Below are positions 15,861 through 23,832 of a stretch of DNA of 64,000 nucleotides, piece by piece. The number at the start of each line of letters is the position of its first letter. The stretch's first letter is position 1. The DNA is from Cellulomonas sp. NTE-D12 (lineage in GTDB: Bacteria > Actinomycetota > Actinomycetes > Actinomycetales > Cellulomonadaceae), in contig NZ_AP026442.1 of the NCBI RefSeq assembly GCF_027923705.1, positions 132,853 to 196,852 of the forward strand, read 5' to 3'. A program made the position numbers and the translations under genes. The notes below the pieces were generated by a model. It searched no databases. It saw only the letters and a list, made by a program, of their open reading frames with translations, and was not told the origin of the DNA.

Positions 15861-18371
15861 ATGCAGGGGGCTGCGGAGTTGTTGATCGGCGGGTTCGCCG
15901 TCGTCGCAATGATCGCGATTGTGCGGATTCGCCATCGTGCCGCCGCGAGGCGACTGGAGGAGTTGCGGGTCGCGGCGGCTCCTTCGCTGGACGAGCTCCG
16001 CGGATGGCGAACCTCGGTTGAGACGCGCATCGACGATCTCGTCCACGAGGGTCGCTGGATCTCCCGCGACACATGGACCGACTGGACGAGGTCGGGGCCT
16101 CTCCCGGCGGCGGCGCTCCTCAAACTCGCTGGAGTGCCAGGCGCCGGCGAGGAGGCACGTCAGTCCCTCGCATTCCTCCGCGAAGAACTGGCCTCGCTCG
16201 TAGCGTCGGCGAACCAGCAGGTGCTCCGAAATGAACTCAGGGCCAGACGCGCCCTCTTCGACAGCATCGAGTCGCAGCCCCTGACCGACGAGCAGGCGGC
16301 CGCGGTGGTGACCTTCGACAACCGGGTGCAGGTGATCGCTGCCGCGGGCTCCGGCAAGACGTCGGTGATGGTGGCTCGGGCCGCATACTCGATCCTTCGC
16401 GGCTTCGTGCCTGCCGAGCGGATTCTGCTGCTGGCGTTCAACAAGGACGCCGCGACGGAACTGCAGGAACGGGTGACCACCCGGCTCGCTGCTGCTGGCA
16501 TCGCATCCGACGGATTGCGAGCCGCAACCTTCCACTCCTTCGGCCTCTCGGTGATCGGACAGGCGACTGGGCGGAAGCCGCGCCTGGCCGCCTGGCTGGA
16601 CGGTGGCGGTGACGTACAGATGGTTGGCCGGATCGTCGACGAGCTTCGTGACCGCTCCCCGTACTTCCGGTTCCGCTGGGACCTGTACCGCCTGCTGTTC
16701 GCTCGGATGGCGGACGAGCCGGGCGACGGTGAGCCGGACGCCTACAACTCAGCCAGCAAGGAGACGGGTTACCGCACCTACAACGGTGAGGTCGTCAAGA
16801 GCCAGGGCGAGCGGATGATCGCCGACTTCCTCTTCCTCAACGGCGTGCGCTACGAGTACGAGAAGCCCTACGTCTACGACGTCGCGGATGCGACGCACTC
16901 GCAGTACCGGCCGGACTTCTTCTACCCCGACATCGACGTCTGGCACGAGCACTGGGCGCTCGACCGTCACGGGAAGCCCCCGGAGGAGTTCGTCGGCTAT
17001 GCCGAAGGCATCGAGTGGAAGAAGTCGGTGCACCGCAGCCACGGCACGAGCCTGATCGAGACCACGTGGGCGACGATCCTTGACCAAACCGGCTTCCAGC
17101 CTCTGGCTGATGAGCTGAAGGCCCGCGGCTTGCCGCTGGACTGGAATCCCGACCGTCCTACCCGGGGCGCGGAACCTCTGAAGCACGAGGACCTGGCGCT
17201 GCTGATGCGCACCTTCCTCACTCACGTGAAGTCCAACTCGCTCACCAAGGAGCAACTCGAGGAGCGGCTCCAGGCGAACACGAAGGTCTCGCACTACCGG
17301 GCACAGCTCTTCCTCGGAGTGTTCTGGGAGATCTACGCGCAGTGGCAGGCTCGCCTGGCTGCTGACGACTCGATCGACTTCGAGGACATGCTCGTCCAGG
17401 CTGCCGATCACCTCGAGGCCCGCCGTGTCGACATGGGTTACGACCTCGTTCTCGTCGACGAGTTCCAAGACGCCAGCCGCGCGCGAGCTCGCCTGACCAG
17501 GGCCCTGGTGGACAAGCCGCACCGCTACCTGCTCGCCGTCGGCGACGACTGGCAGTCCATCAACCGCTTCGCCGGCTCCGACCTCTCCCTCATGACCGAC
17601 TTCGCGAACTGGTTCGGCGAGTCGAAGACGCTGCGGTTGCAGACGACCTTCCGCTCCCCTCAGTCGATCTGCGATACAGCCAGTGGTTTTGTCTCGAAGA
17701 ACACGCGGCAGTTCGCCAAGCAGGTCAGGTCGGTCCAGCCCGATTACGGGCCGCCGGTGTCGCTCGTTCGCGTTCCGCGTGCGGAAGCGGTCAGGGGAGC
17801 GGTCGCCGCAACTCTCGACGAGATCTCCCGGGGAGTCCGGGCCGGGAAGGTCCCACCGGGACTGTCGGGAGCGGTGAGAGTCGACATCCTCGGCCGCTAC
17901 CGGTTCGACCGCGACGTCATGCCGTTGCAGTCGTATCCCGGTCTGGCCGTCAGCTTCCGGACGGTCCACGCGTCGAAGGGCCTCGAGGCCGACTACGTGA
18001 TCCTGCCGAACGTGTCAGCGGGGACGTACGGCTTCCCGAGCGAAGTGGTGGACGACCCCGTTCTCTCGCTCGCCATGACCGACGCCGACCCGTACCCCCA
18101 TGCCGAGGAGCGTCGCCTGTTCTACGTCGCGCTCACCCGTGCTCGACGGGCGGTGACGATCATCGGCATCCAAGGCAAGGAGTCGAGCTTCATCGCCGAG
18201 CTGATCGCCGATCACCGCATCGAGCTCTCGCACTTGAGCGCGGTCGAGATGGCGGAAGCGTGCCCGGCATGCGGCAACGGCATCCTCGTCGTCCGACGGC
18301 ATCGGGCGACCGGCCGTCAGTTCCTCGGGTGCAACGCCTTCCCACGGTGTACCTACACGCGCAACCGGTGA
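15861..18371 (+). CDS. membrane-anchored UvrD/Rep-family SF1 helicase with inserted PD-(D/E)xK (DUF559/NERD-like) nuclease-like domain and C-terminal topoisomerase-type Zn ribbon
   Basis: There is an N-terminal hydrophobic helix LLIGGFAVVAMIAIVRI. Walker A is AAAGSGKTSVMVARA. An insert GERMIADFLFLNGVRYEYEKPY...YRPDFFYPDIDVWHEHWA lies between helicase subdomains. The DExx box is LVLVDEFQDAS and motif VI is LFYVALTRARRAVTII. The C-terminal ribbon reads CPACGNGILVVRRHRATGRQFLGCNAFPRCTYT. Confidence 0.7.
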   Translation: MQGAAELLIGGFAVVAMIAIVRIRHRAAARRLEELRVAAAPSLDELRGWRTSVETRIDDLVHEGRWISRDTWTDWTRSGPLPAAALLKLAGVPGAGEEARQSLAFLREELASLVASANQQVLRNELRARRALFDSIESQPLTDEQAAAVVTFDNRVQVIAAAGSGKTSVMVARAAYSILRGFVPAERILLLAFNKDAATELQERVTTRLAAAGIASDGLRAATFHSFGLSVIGQATGRKPRLAAWLDGGGDVQMVGRIVDELRDRSPYFRFRWDLYRLLFARMADEPGDGEPDAYNSASKETGYRTYNGEVVKSQGERMIADFLFLNGVRYEYEKPYVYDVADATHSQYRPDFFYPDIDVWHEHWALDRHGKPPEEFVGYAEGIEWKKSVHRSHGTSLIETTWATILDQTGFQPLADELKARGLPLDWNPDRPTRGAEPLKHEDLALLMRTFLTHVKSNSLTKEQLEERLQANTKVSHYRAQLFLGVFWEIYAQWQARLAADDSIDFEDMLVQAADHLEARRVDMGYDLVLVDEFQDASRARARLTRALVDKPHRYLLAVGDDWQSINRFAGSDLSLMTDFANWFGESKTLRLQTTFRSPQSICDTASGFVSKNTRQFAKQVRSVQPDYGPPVSLVRVPRAEAVRGAVAATLDEISRGVRAGKVPPGLSGAVRVDILGRYRFDRDVMPLQSYPGLAVSFRTVHASKGLEADYVILPNVSAGTYGFPSEVVDDPVLSLAMTDADPYPHAEERRLFYVALTRARRAVTIIGIQGKESSFIAELIADHRIELSHLSAVEMAEACPACGNGILVVRRHRATGRQFLGCNAFPRCTYTRNR

Positions 18372-18377
18372 CCCGTA

Positions 18378-18598
18378 CTCCTTCCCCTCCTCCTTCTCCT
18401 CCTCCTTCCTCCGTCGCCCCCTTCTCCTCCCTCACCCCCTTCTCCTCCCTCACCCCCTTCTCCTCCCTCATCCCCTTCTTCTCCCTCATCCCCTTCTTCT
18501 CCCTCATCCCCTTCTTCTCCCTCATCCCCTTCTTCTCCCTCACCCCTTCTTCTCCCTCACCCCTTCTTCTCCCTCACCCCTTCCCTTACCTCCCATCA
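18378..18598. repeat. polypyrimidine (C/T-rich on + strand) minisatellite, about 10 tandem copies of an 18-bp unit (CCCCTTCTTCTCCCTCAT and variants)
   Basis: Seen directly. The minus frame would read (MREKKG)n, but no credible gene context supports that. It lies between the helicase and DnaB-like genes. Confidence 0.8.
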
Positions 18599-18792
18599 CG
18601 ACTCGTCTTGCACGGTCGTGCGACGTGGGGCCCGGTGATCCCGTCGTCGATCCCTCGCCTCGTCGATCACCATGAAGGCCTCGGCTCATCCGACGGGACC
18701 TGACGTCGGCTGCTCTCGCGCCGGAGCGAGGTCGCGTTCGGCTGCAACCTCGCTTCGAGAGCTCTGTCGGGGGTCGGTGGCACGGTCGCCCC

Positions 18793-19518
18793 ATGCATTT
18801 CGACGGCCCGATGATCGCGGGGGGTCACCCCTATGAGCTGGACGCCCTGCTCAACGCGGAGGCTCCGACGATGCTCCCGACTGGCATCGTGGCGCTCGAC
18901 GAATTCACGGGCGGGATCGAGCGGGGCTCTCTGTGGGCGATCTCAGGCCTTGCCGGTATCGGCGTCAGCGGCCTCGCTTTGGCCCTCGCCGCCAACGCCG
19001 CGTCCGACGGCGACGTCATCGTCTGCAACGGCCACATTCCGTCACGTGTGCTCGCGCGTCGCCTCGCCGCGCTCGCCGGCAAAGAGCGACGACTTCGGGT
19101 CGCATCCTGGTTCAGCCTGCTACCGGAACCGCCCGACGATCTGGGTGACGGCACTCTCGAACAGGCGGACCTGGTCGTCGTGGACACCTGGGACGAGACG
19201 TGGCATGCAGCAACGTGGCCGGCGACTCGTACCGAGCTCACCCGCCGGCTTCGCTGGCTCCGACATCTCGCGCGCGACAACGGCACAGCCATCGTTCTGA
19301 CATCTCGCATGCCACAGGCCCGGAGCGACGATGTCGTGGGCTGGATGGCCGACGCGTTCGACGACGCGGCGGACGTCTGCATCGCGATCACCGCGATGGA
19401 GGACGCCCGCTTCGGAGCCCCGATCGCGGCGCGCGCGATCGTACGAAGCCGCAGCGTTGGACGGAGAGCATTTCGACTTGCAGGCGGGAGCGTGCCCCGG
19501 CTGACCCCCGAGCCGTGA
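18793..19518 (+). CDS. DnaB-C/RecA-fold protein with degenerate Walker A (pseudo-ATPase)
   Basis: LDEFTGGIERGSLWAISGLAGIGVSGLALALAANAASDGDVIVCNGHIPSRVLARRLAAL follows the DnaB C-terminal-domain pattern LDxxTGGhxxGxLhhhAuRPGMGKTxhALNhAxNxA....hhFSLEM. However GIGVSG replaces GMGKT (no P-loop lysine), and NGHI replaces SLEM. Confidence 0.5.
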   Translation: MHFDGPMIAGGHPYELDALLNAEAPTMLPTGIVALDEFTGGIERGSLWAISGLAGIGVSGLALALAANAASDGDVIVCNGHIPSRVLARRLAALAGKERRLRVASWFSLLPEPPDDLGDGTLEQADLVVVDTWDETWHAATWPATRTELTRRLRWLRHLARDNGTAIVLTSRMPQARSDDVVGWMADAFDDAADVCIAITAMEDARFGAPIAARAIVRSRSVGRRAFRLAGGSVPRLTPEP

Positions 19519-19535
19519 CGGTGCCCCGCAATTCG

Positions 19536-20222
19536 TCAGGACCGCGCCTTGAGGGCCTTCCGAGGCTTGACCTGCAGGTCGAGGGACCGGCGAACGTCGC
19601 GCGCGTTGTCGGACTCCGAGAAACGCATCCATGTCGCCACGTCGAGCAGCCGGAGCGTGGTCGGCGCCGGGCCGTCCATCGCGGGCGCCATGCCATCGAT
19701 CGCGGACCGAATCTGCGCGTCTTCGAGTGCGGTCTGAAGCGCGGACCAGGAGCCGGTGCTCCCCAACCCGAGTGCACCGCTGACGACCGAGTCGATGATC
19801 GGCAGCAGGTGGGGGCGCTTCCGGGCCAGCAGCTTGCTGGCTCGGGTACGCCCGATGCCGGGAATTGCCCGCACCCGCAGCCACAGCAGCCCTGCGGCTG
19901 AGTGCTCGCCGAGGACCGCGTCGTAGTTCGCCTTCCACAGCGGCAGGTCTGTCGGCACGCCCGACAGGAGATCGTCGGCGACGCCTCCCGTCACGAGTGC
20001 GCGGACAGCCTCCGGCTTGAAGCGGACGTCAAGCAGGGAGGCTGCCAACAGGTCGTCAGTCGTGAAGTGATCCGGCGGGTTATCCCCGAGGTCGTCGAAC
20101 AGGGATCCAGCAAACGGCTTGTCGCGGTAGTAGTGGTTGACCAGTTCCGCGCCGCGTTGCTCGACGACGTCGAGAATCGCGCTGCGGATGACGTCCGTCG
20201 ACGCTGATGGCTGACCAGGCAT
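19536..20222 (-). CDS. hypothetical protein with helix-hairpin-helix-like motif (IPGIGRTRASKLLARKRPHLLPIID)
   Basis: ATG at 20222 (MPGQPSASTDVIRSAILDVVEQRGAELVNHYYRDKPFAGSLFDD...), 228 aa. It is divergent from the relaxase gene across the iteron region. Confidence 0.5.
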   Translation of the reverse strand: MPGQPSASTDVIRSAILDVVEQRGAELVNHYYRDKPFAGSLFDDLGDNPPDHFTTDDLLAASLLDVRFKPEAVRALVTGGVADDLLSGVPTDLPLWKANYDAVLGEHSAAGLLWLRVRAIPGIGRTRASKLLARKRPHLLPIIDSVVSGALGLGSTGSWSALQTALEDAQIRSAIDGMAPAMDGPAPTTLRLLDVATWMRFSESDNARDVRRSLDLQVKPRKALKARS

Positions 20223-20301
20223 GGGATCTCCAGATCTGCTCGGGCTTGGGCCGACCGTAGCGCTCCCGACCTGCGGCGATGCGGGAGCAACGCGGTGTGG
20301 A

Positions 20302-20612
20302 GGACTCGCCTCGTCGCATGTTGTAGCCGCGCTGCACACGTCCTCACGTGGGGACCTCACGCGCCTGTCACCGGCTGACCGATAGACGACCCGATAGACG
20401 GCCATGTCACCGAGATGTCACCGGCCGGATGTCACCGGTTTGTCTATCGGTCTGTCTATCGCTGCTGAGGATCGTCGCGCGCGTGCCACGACCTCCGCTG
20501 CCTTCGTCGTCCGCGACGCCCTCCGGTCATCCGCTCGCCGTCGCGTGTTGCTCGTCGTCCCGCACTCCCGCTTCTAGGGGGGCCACACCGTGGCGCCCCT
20601 CGAGAGGGGGTG
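20302..20612. repeat. about 310-bp relaxase leader region with iterons (2x CGATAGAC direct, 2x GTCTATCG inverted, 3-4x ATGTCACCG); candidate oriT/regulatory region; copy A
   Basis: It is about 90% identical to 34557-34858 (copy B). Internal short repeats were seen directly. Confidence 0.6.
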
Positions 20613-20619
20613 CGTCGCG

Positions 20620-23532
20620 ATGCTGGCGATCGCCAAGCTGACGGTCGGCGACGGGTACGAGTACCTCTCGCGCCAGGTTGCGACCGGTGACATCGAGATG
20701 TCCCGCAGCCAGGCGCTGGCCGCCTACTACGCCGCGTCGGGCACGGAACAGGGCGTGTGGCTCGGCCGCGGCCTGGAGGGTCTGGCCGACGTGCGTCGCG
20801 GCGACCCGGTCACCCGAGAGGCGATGACCCGCCTGTTCCGCGACGGTCGCGACCCGTCGACCGGGGACGCGCTCGGCATCCCGTTCGACGCGCTGCACGT
20901 GGGCCGGGGCAAGCCCGTCGCCGGCTTCGACCTCGTCTTCACCGTGCCCAAGTCCGCCTCCGTGCTGTGGGCGCTCGGAGACGCGGCCACCCGCGAGGCT
21001 GTCGTCGGAGCGCACCGCAGCGCGCGGGCCCAGGCGCTGACGTTCCTCGAGGACAAGGCGATCCGGACCCGCGTCGGGGCCGGCGGGTCGCGCCAGGTGC
21101 GGACCCTCGGGGTGGTGGCGGCGGGGTTCGAGCACGTCGACTCGCGGCTGAACGACCCGAACCTGCACACGCACCTGGTGATCGCCAACAAGGTGCAGAC
21201 CCCGGATGGGACGTGGCGGGCGCTGGACGGGCGGACGCTGCTGCAGGCCACGGTCTCCGCCAGCGAGCTGTACGACGGGTTCCTTGCCGACGAGCTGAGC
21301 CGGCGGCTGGGGGTGAGGTGGGAGCTGCGCGACCGCGGTCCGCGGCGAAACCCGACGTTGGCGCTGCAGGGCCTGTCCGACGAGGTGCTCGACCTGTTCT
21401 CCCGCCGCGGCGCGCAGGTGGACGCCGCCCAGCAGGCGTGGGAGACGACGTTCGTCCTGAAGCATGGCCGCACGCCGGACCCGGTCGAGGTCACCAAGGC
21501 CCGCGGGCTGCTGACCCGCTCGACCCGCCCGGCGAAGGTGCTGCGGCCGCTCGGAGAGCTGTTCGAGGAGTGGGCCAACCGCGCTCGGGCGCTGACCGGG
21601 CTGGAGCCGCGGGACCTGGCCGCGCGGGCACTGGTCGGGGACTACGGGCGGAGCCTGCACGTGCACGACGTGGCCGGGCCGATGCGCGCCGCTCTGGTGG
21701 ACCAGGTGCTTGCGGACGTGCAGGGTCGTGCCGCCGTCTTCAGCACCTGGACGCTGACCGCGGCCGCGGCGCGCGCCACGCGGGTGCTGCCGATGGCCTC
21801 GCCCGACGAGCGGATCGCGCTGGTCGGAACCCTGGTCACCGCGGCGGCGGGGTGCTGCGTGCGGCTGGACGACGGGCAGGTCCGCCGGATAGGGGAGGAG
21901 AAGTTCACCACCCCGGCGATCCTCGCGGCCGAGCAGGAGCTGTTGAACCGGGCTATGGCGCCGACGGGCCTCGGAGTTCCGCATCCGGTCCAGATCGCGC
22001 GGCAGCTGGCCCGCTACCCCGGCTTGAGCGAGGACCAGCGCCGGGCGGCGGCCGCGGTGCTCGGGTCCGGGCAGGTGATCGACACCGTGGTCGGCCCGGC
22101 CGGGTCGGGCAAGACGACCACGCTGCGGGCGGTGATCGGCGCCTGGCAGTCGGTCTACGGGTCGTCGGTGATCGCCCTGGCGCCGTCGGCGACGGCAGCG
22201 CACGTGCTCGGCGAGGCGCTCGGGATCCGCGCCGAGACCACGGCCAAGTGGCTGTTCGAGCAGCCCCGGAACGACGAACGAGCGGCCGAGGCGCGCGAGC
22301 TGGCGGCCCGGTTGCCGCTGACGCCGACTGAGGCGAGCGACCAGCTCGAGGCGCGGATCGTCGACCTGATGTCGCAGGTGCAGGCATGGCGGCTGTCCCG
22401 CGGGCAGCTCGTCGTGCTCGACGAGGCGTCCCTGGCCGACACGCCCACGCTGGCCACACTCGCCGGCCAGGCGCAGGACGCCGGCGCCAAGATCGTGCTG
22501 GTCGGCGACCCGGAGCAACGGCCCGCCGTCGGCCCCGGCGGCGGGTTCGGCATGCTCGTGCACCGGCACGCCACCGCGCAGCTGACCGCGCTGCACCGGT
22601 TCACCCAGCCGTGGGAGGCCGCTGCCGTCCTGCAGATCCGCGCCGGCGACGCCCGCGCCATCGCGGTCTACCGGTCGCAGGGCCGGATCACCGTGGGGGC
22701 GCCCGACGAGGTCCTGGACACCGCCGTGCTCGCCGCCGGGCAGGACGCGGTCGCGGGGAAGGTGGTGCTGCTGCAGGCCGCCGACACCCGCACCGTCCAC
22801 GAGCTCAACGCCCGCGCCCACGCCGCGGCGGTCCTGGACGGCCGCGCCCGCCGCGACGGCGGTGTCCCACTGGCCGACCAGACCGTGGCCACCGTGGGGG
22901 ACCGGGTGGTGACCCGGCACAACGACCGCCGGCTGCGCACCACCGACGGGTTCGTCCGCAACGGCGCGCTGTGGGACGTGACCGCCACCGCGCCCGACGG
23001 GTCGCTGACCGTCCGACCCGCCGACCATCGGGACCAGCCAGGTGCCGACGTCCGGCTGCCGGCCGGCTACGTCCGCGAGCACGTCGAGCTCGGCTACGCC
23101 ACCACCACCGCCCGCTCCCAGGGGCGCACCGTCGACACCACCCACACCGTCGTCAGCGCCGCGATGGCCCGCGAAGACCTCTACGTGGCGGTCACCCGCG
23201 GCCGCGACCACAACCAGCTCTACGTCCCAACCGGTCCGTTCGACGCCGACTGCCCACCCGGCCCGTCCCGACGTCAGGAGGCCGACGAGACGCTGCGCAC
23301 CGTCCTGGCCACCAACCGCATCCCGGCCACCGCGACCGAGACGTGGGCCGCGAACCACCCGGGGGAACCGGTCCCGGTGCCATCGCGGGTGCCGACATGG
23401 CGACCCGAGCCCGTCGTCGTCGGCGGTGCCGAGCGTCGCCCGGTCCAGCCGCGGCGCGCGGCACCGCCCGCCGCCCTGCCACCGCCGCCGGTCCGGCCTG
23501 CCCACGCCCTCGACCGCTCACTCGGCCGCTGA
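20620..23532 (+). CDS. traA: MobF/TrwC-family conjugative relaxase-helicase (TraA-like)
   Basis: A GAGAGGGGG RBS precedes the ATG at 20620. The N-terminal relaxase domain reads MLAIAKLTVGDGYEYLSRQVATGD...AAYYAASGTEQGVWLG...HTHLVIANK. The C-terminal RecD-like helicase carries Walker A VVGPAGSGKTTTLRAV. The protein is about 970 aa. Confidence 0.85.
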   Translation: MLAIAKLTVGDGYEYLSRQVATGDIEMSRSQALAAYYAASGTEQGVWLGRGLEGLADVRRGDPVTREAMTRLFRDGRDPSTGDALGIPFDALHVGRGKPVAGFDLVFTVPKSASVLWALGDAATREAVVGAHRSARAQALTFLEDKAIRTRVGAGGSRQVRTLGVVAAGFEHVDSRLNDPNLHTHLVIANKVQTPDGTWRALDGRTLLQATVSASELYDGFLADELSRRLGVRWELRDRGPRRNPTLALQGLSDEVLDLFSRRGAQVDAAQQAWETTFVLKHGRTPDPVEVTKARGLLTRSTRPAKVLRPLGELFEEWANRARALTGLEPRDLAARALVGDYGRSLHVHDVAGPMRAALVDQVLADVQGRAAVFSTWTLTAAAARATRVLPMASPDERIALVGTLVTAAAGCCVRLDDGQVRRIGEEKFTTPAILAAEQELLNRAMAPTGLGVPHPVQIARQLARYPGLSEDQRRAAAAVLGSGQVIDTVVGPAGSGKTTTLRAVIGAWQSVYGSSVIALAPSATAAHVLGEALGIRAETTAKWLFEQPRNDERAAEARELAARLPLTPTEASDQLEARIVDLMSQVQAWRLSRGQLVVLDEASLADTPTLATLAGQAQDAGAKIVLVGDPEQRPAVGPGGGFGMLVHRHATAQLTALHRFTQPWEAAAVLQIRAGDARAIAVYRSQGRITVGAPDEVLDTAVLAAGQDAVAGKVVLLQAADTRTVHELNARAHAAAVLDGRARRDGGVPLADQTVATVGDRVVTRHNDRRLRTTDGFVRNGALWDVTATAPDGSLTVRPADHRDQPGADVRLPAGYVREHVELGYATTTARSQGRTVDTTHTVVSAAMAREDLYVAVTRGRDHNQLYVPTGPFDADCPPGPSRRQEADETLRTVLATNRIPATATETWAANHPGEPVPVPSRVPTWRPEPVVVGGAERRPVQPRRAAPPAALPPPPVRPAHALDRSLGR

Positions 23533-23593
23533 CCGCCCCGCCACTACTCCGACCGATCGCTACCGGAAGCACCATCACCGAAGGAGACCCGCG

Positions 23594-23812
23594 ATGACCC
23601 TCACTACCACCAACCCGTCCCGCGCCCCGTACCTGACGGTCGCCCAGGCTGCCGACGAGCTCGCCGTCACCGACCGCTTCATCCGCAAGCTCATCGCCGA
23701 GGGCCAGCTCCGCGCCGTCAAGGTCGGCGACCGGGTCCTCCGCATCCGCCGCACGGACCTAGAGGACTTCCTGCGACCGGCGCGCGTCGTCCCGCACCTC
23801 GGGCGGCGGTGA
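23594..23812 (+). CDS. xis: excisionase/MerR-type HTH DNA-binding protein
   Basis: An AAGGAG RBS precedes the ATG at 23594. The 72 aa protein reads ...YLTVAQAADELAVTDRFIRKLIAEGQLRAVKVGDRVLRIRRTDLEDFL, matching the excisionase-family helix-turn-helix. Confidence 0.65.
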   Translation: MTLTTTNPSRAPYLTVAQAADELAVTDRFIRKLIAEGQLRAVKVGDRVLRIRRTDLEDFLRPARVVPHLGRR

Positions 23813-23832
23813 GGCTGGAGCCAGACTGGGCG

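Noticed and set aside
18190-18543. minus-strand ORF reading (MREKKG)n through the tandem repeat
   Set aside because: It is an artefact of translating the 18-bp minisatellite. It has no RBS, gene context or GC3 signal, and is treated as non-coding repeat DNA.
18378-18598. Possible CRISPR array
   Set aside because: The repeats are directly tandem with no intervening unique spacers, the units are 18 bp, and no cas genes are nearby. It is a minisatellite rather than CRISPR.
20527-23505. 992-aa minus ORF
   Set aside because: It is the antisense of the TraA relaxase. The + strand encodes unmistakable relaxase and helicase motifs.
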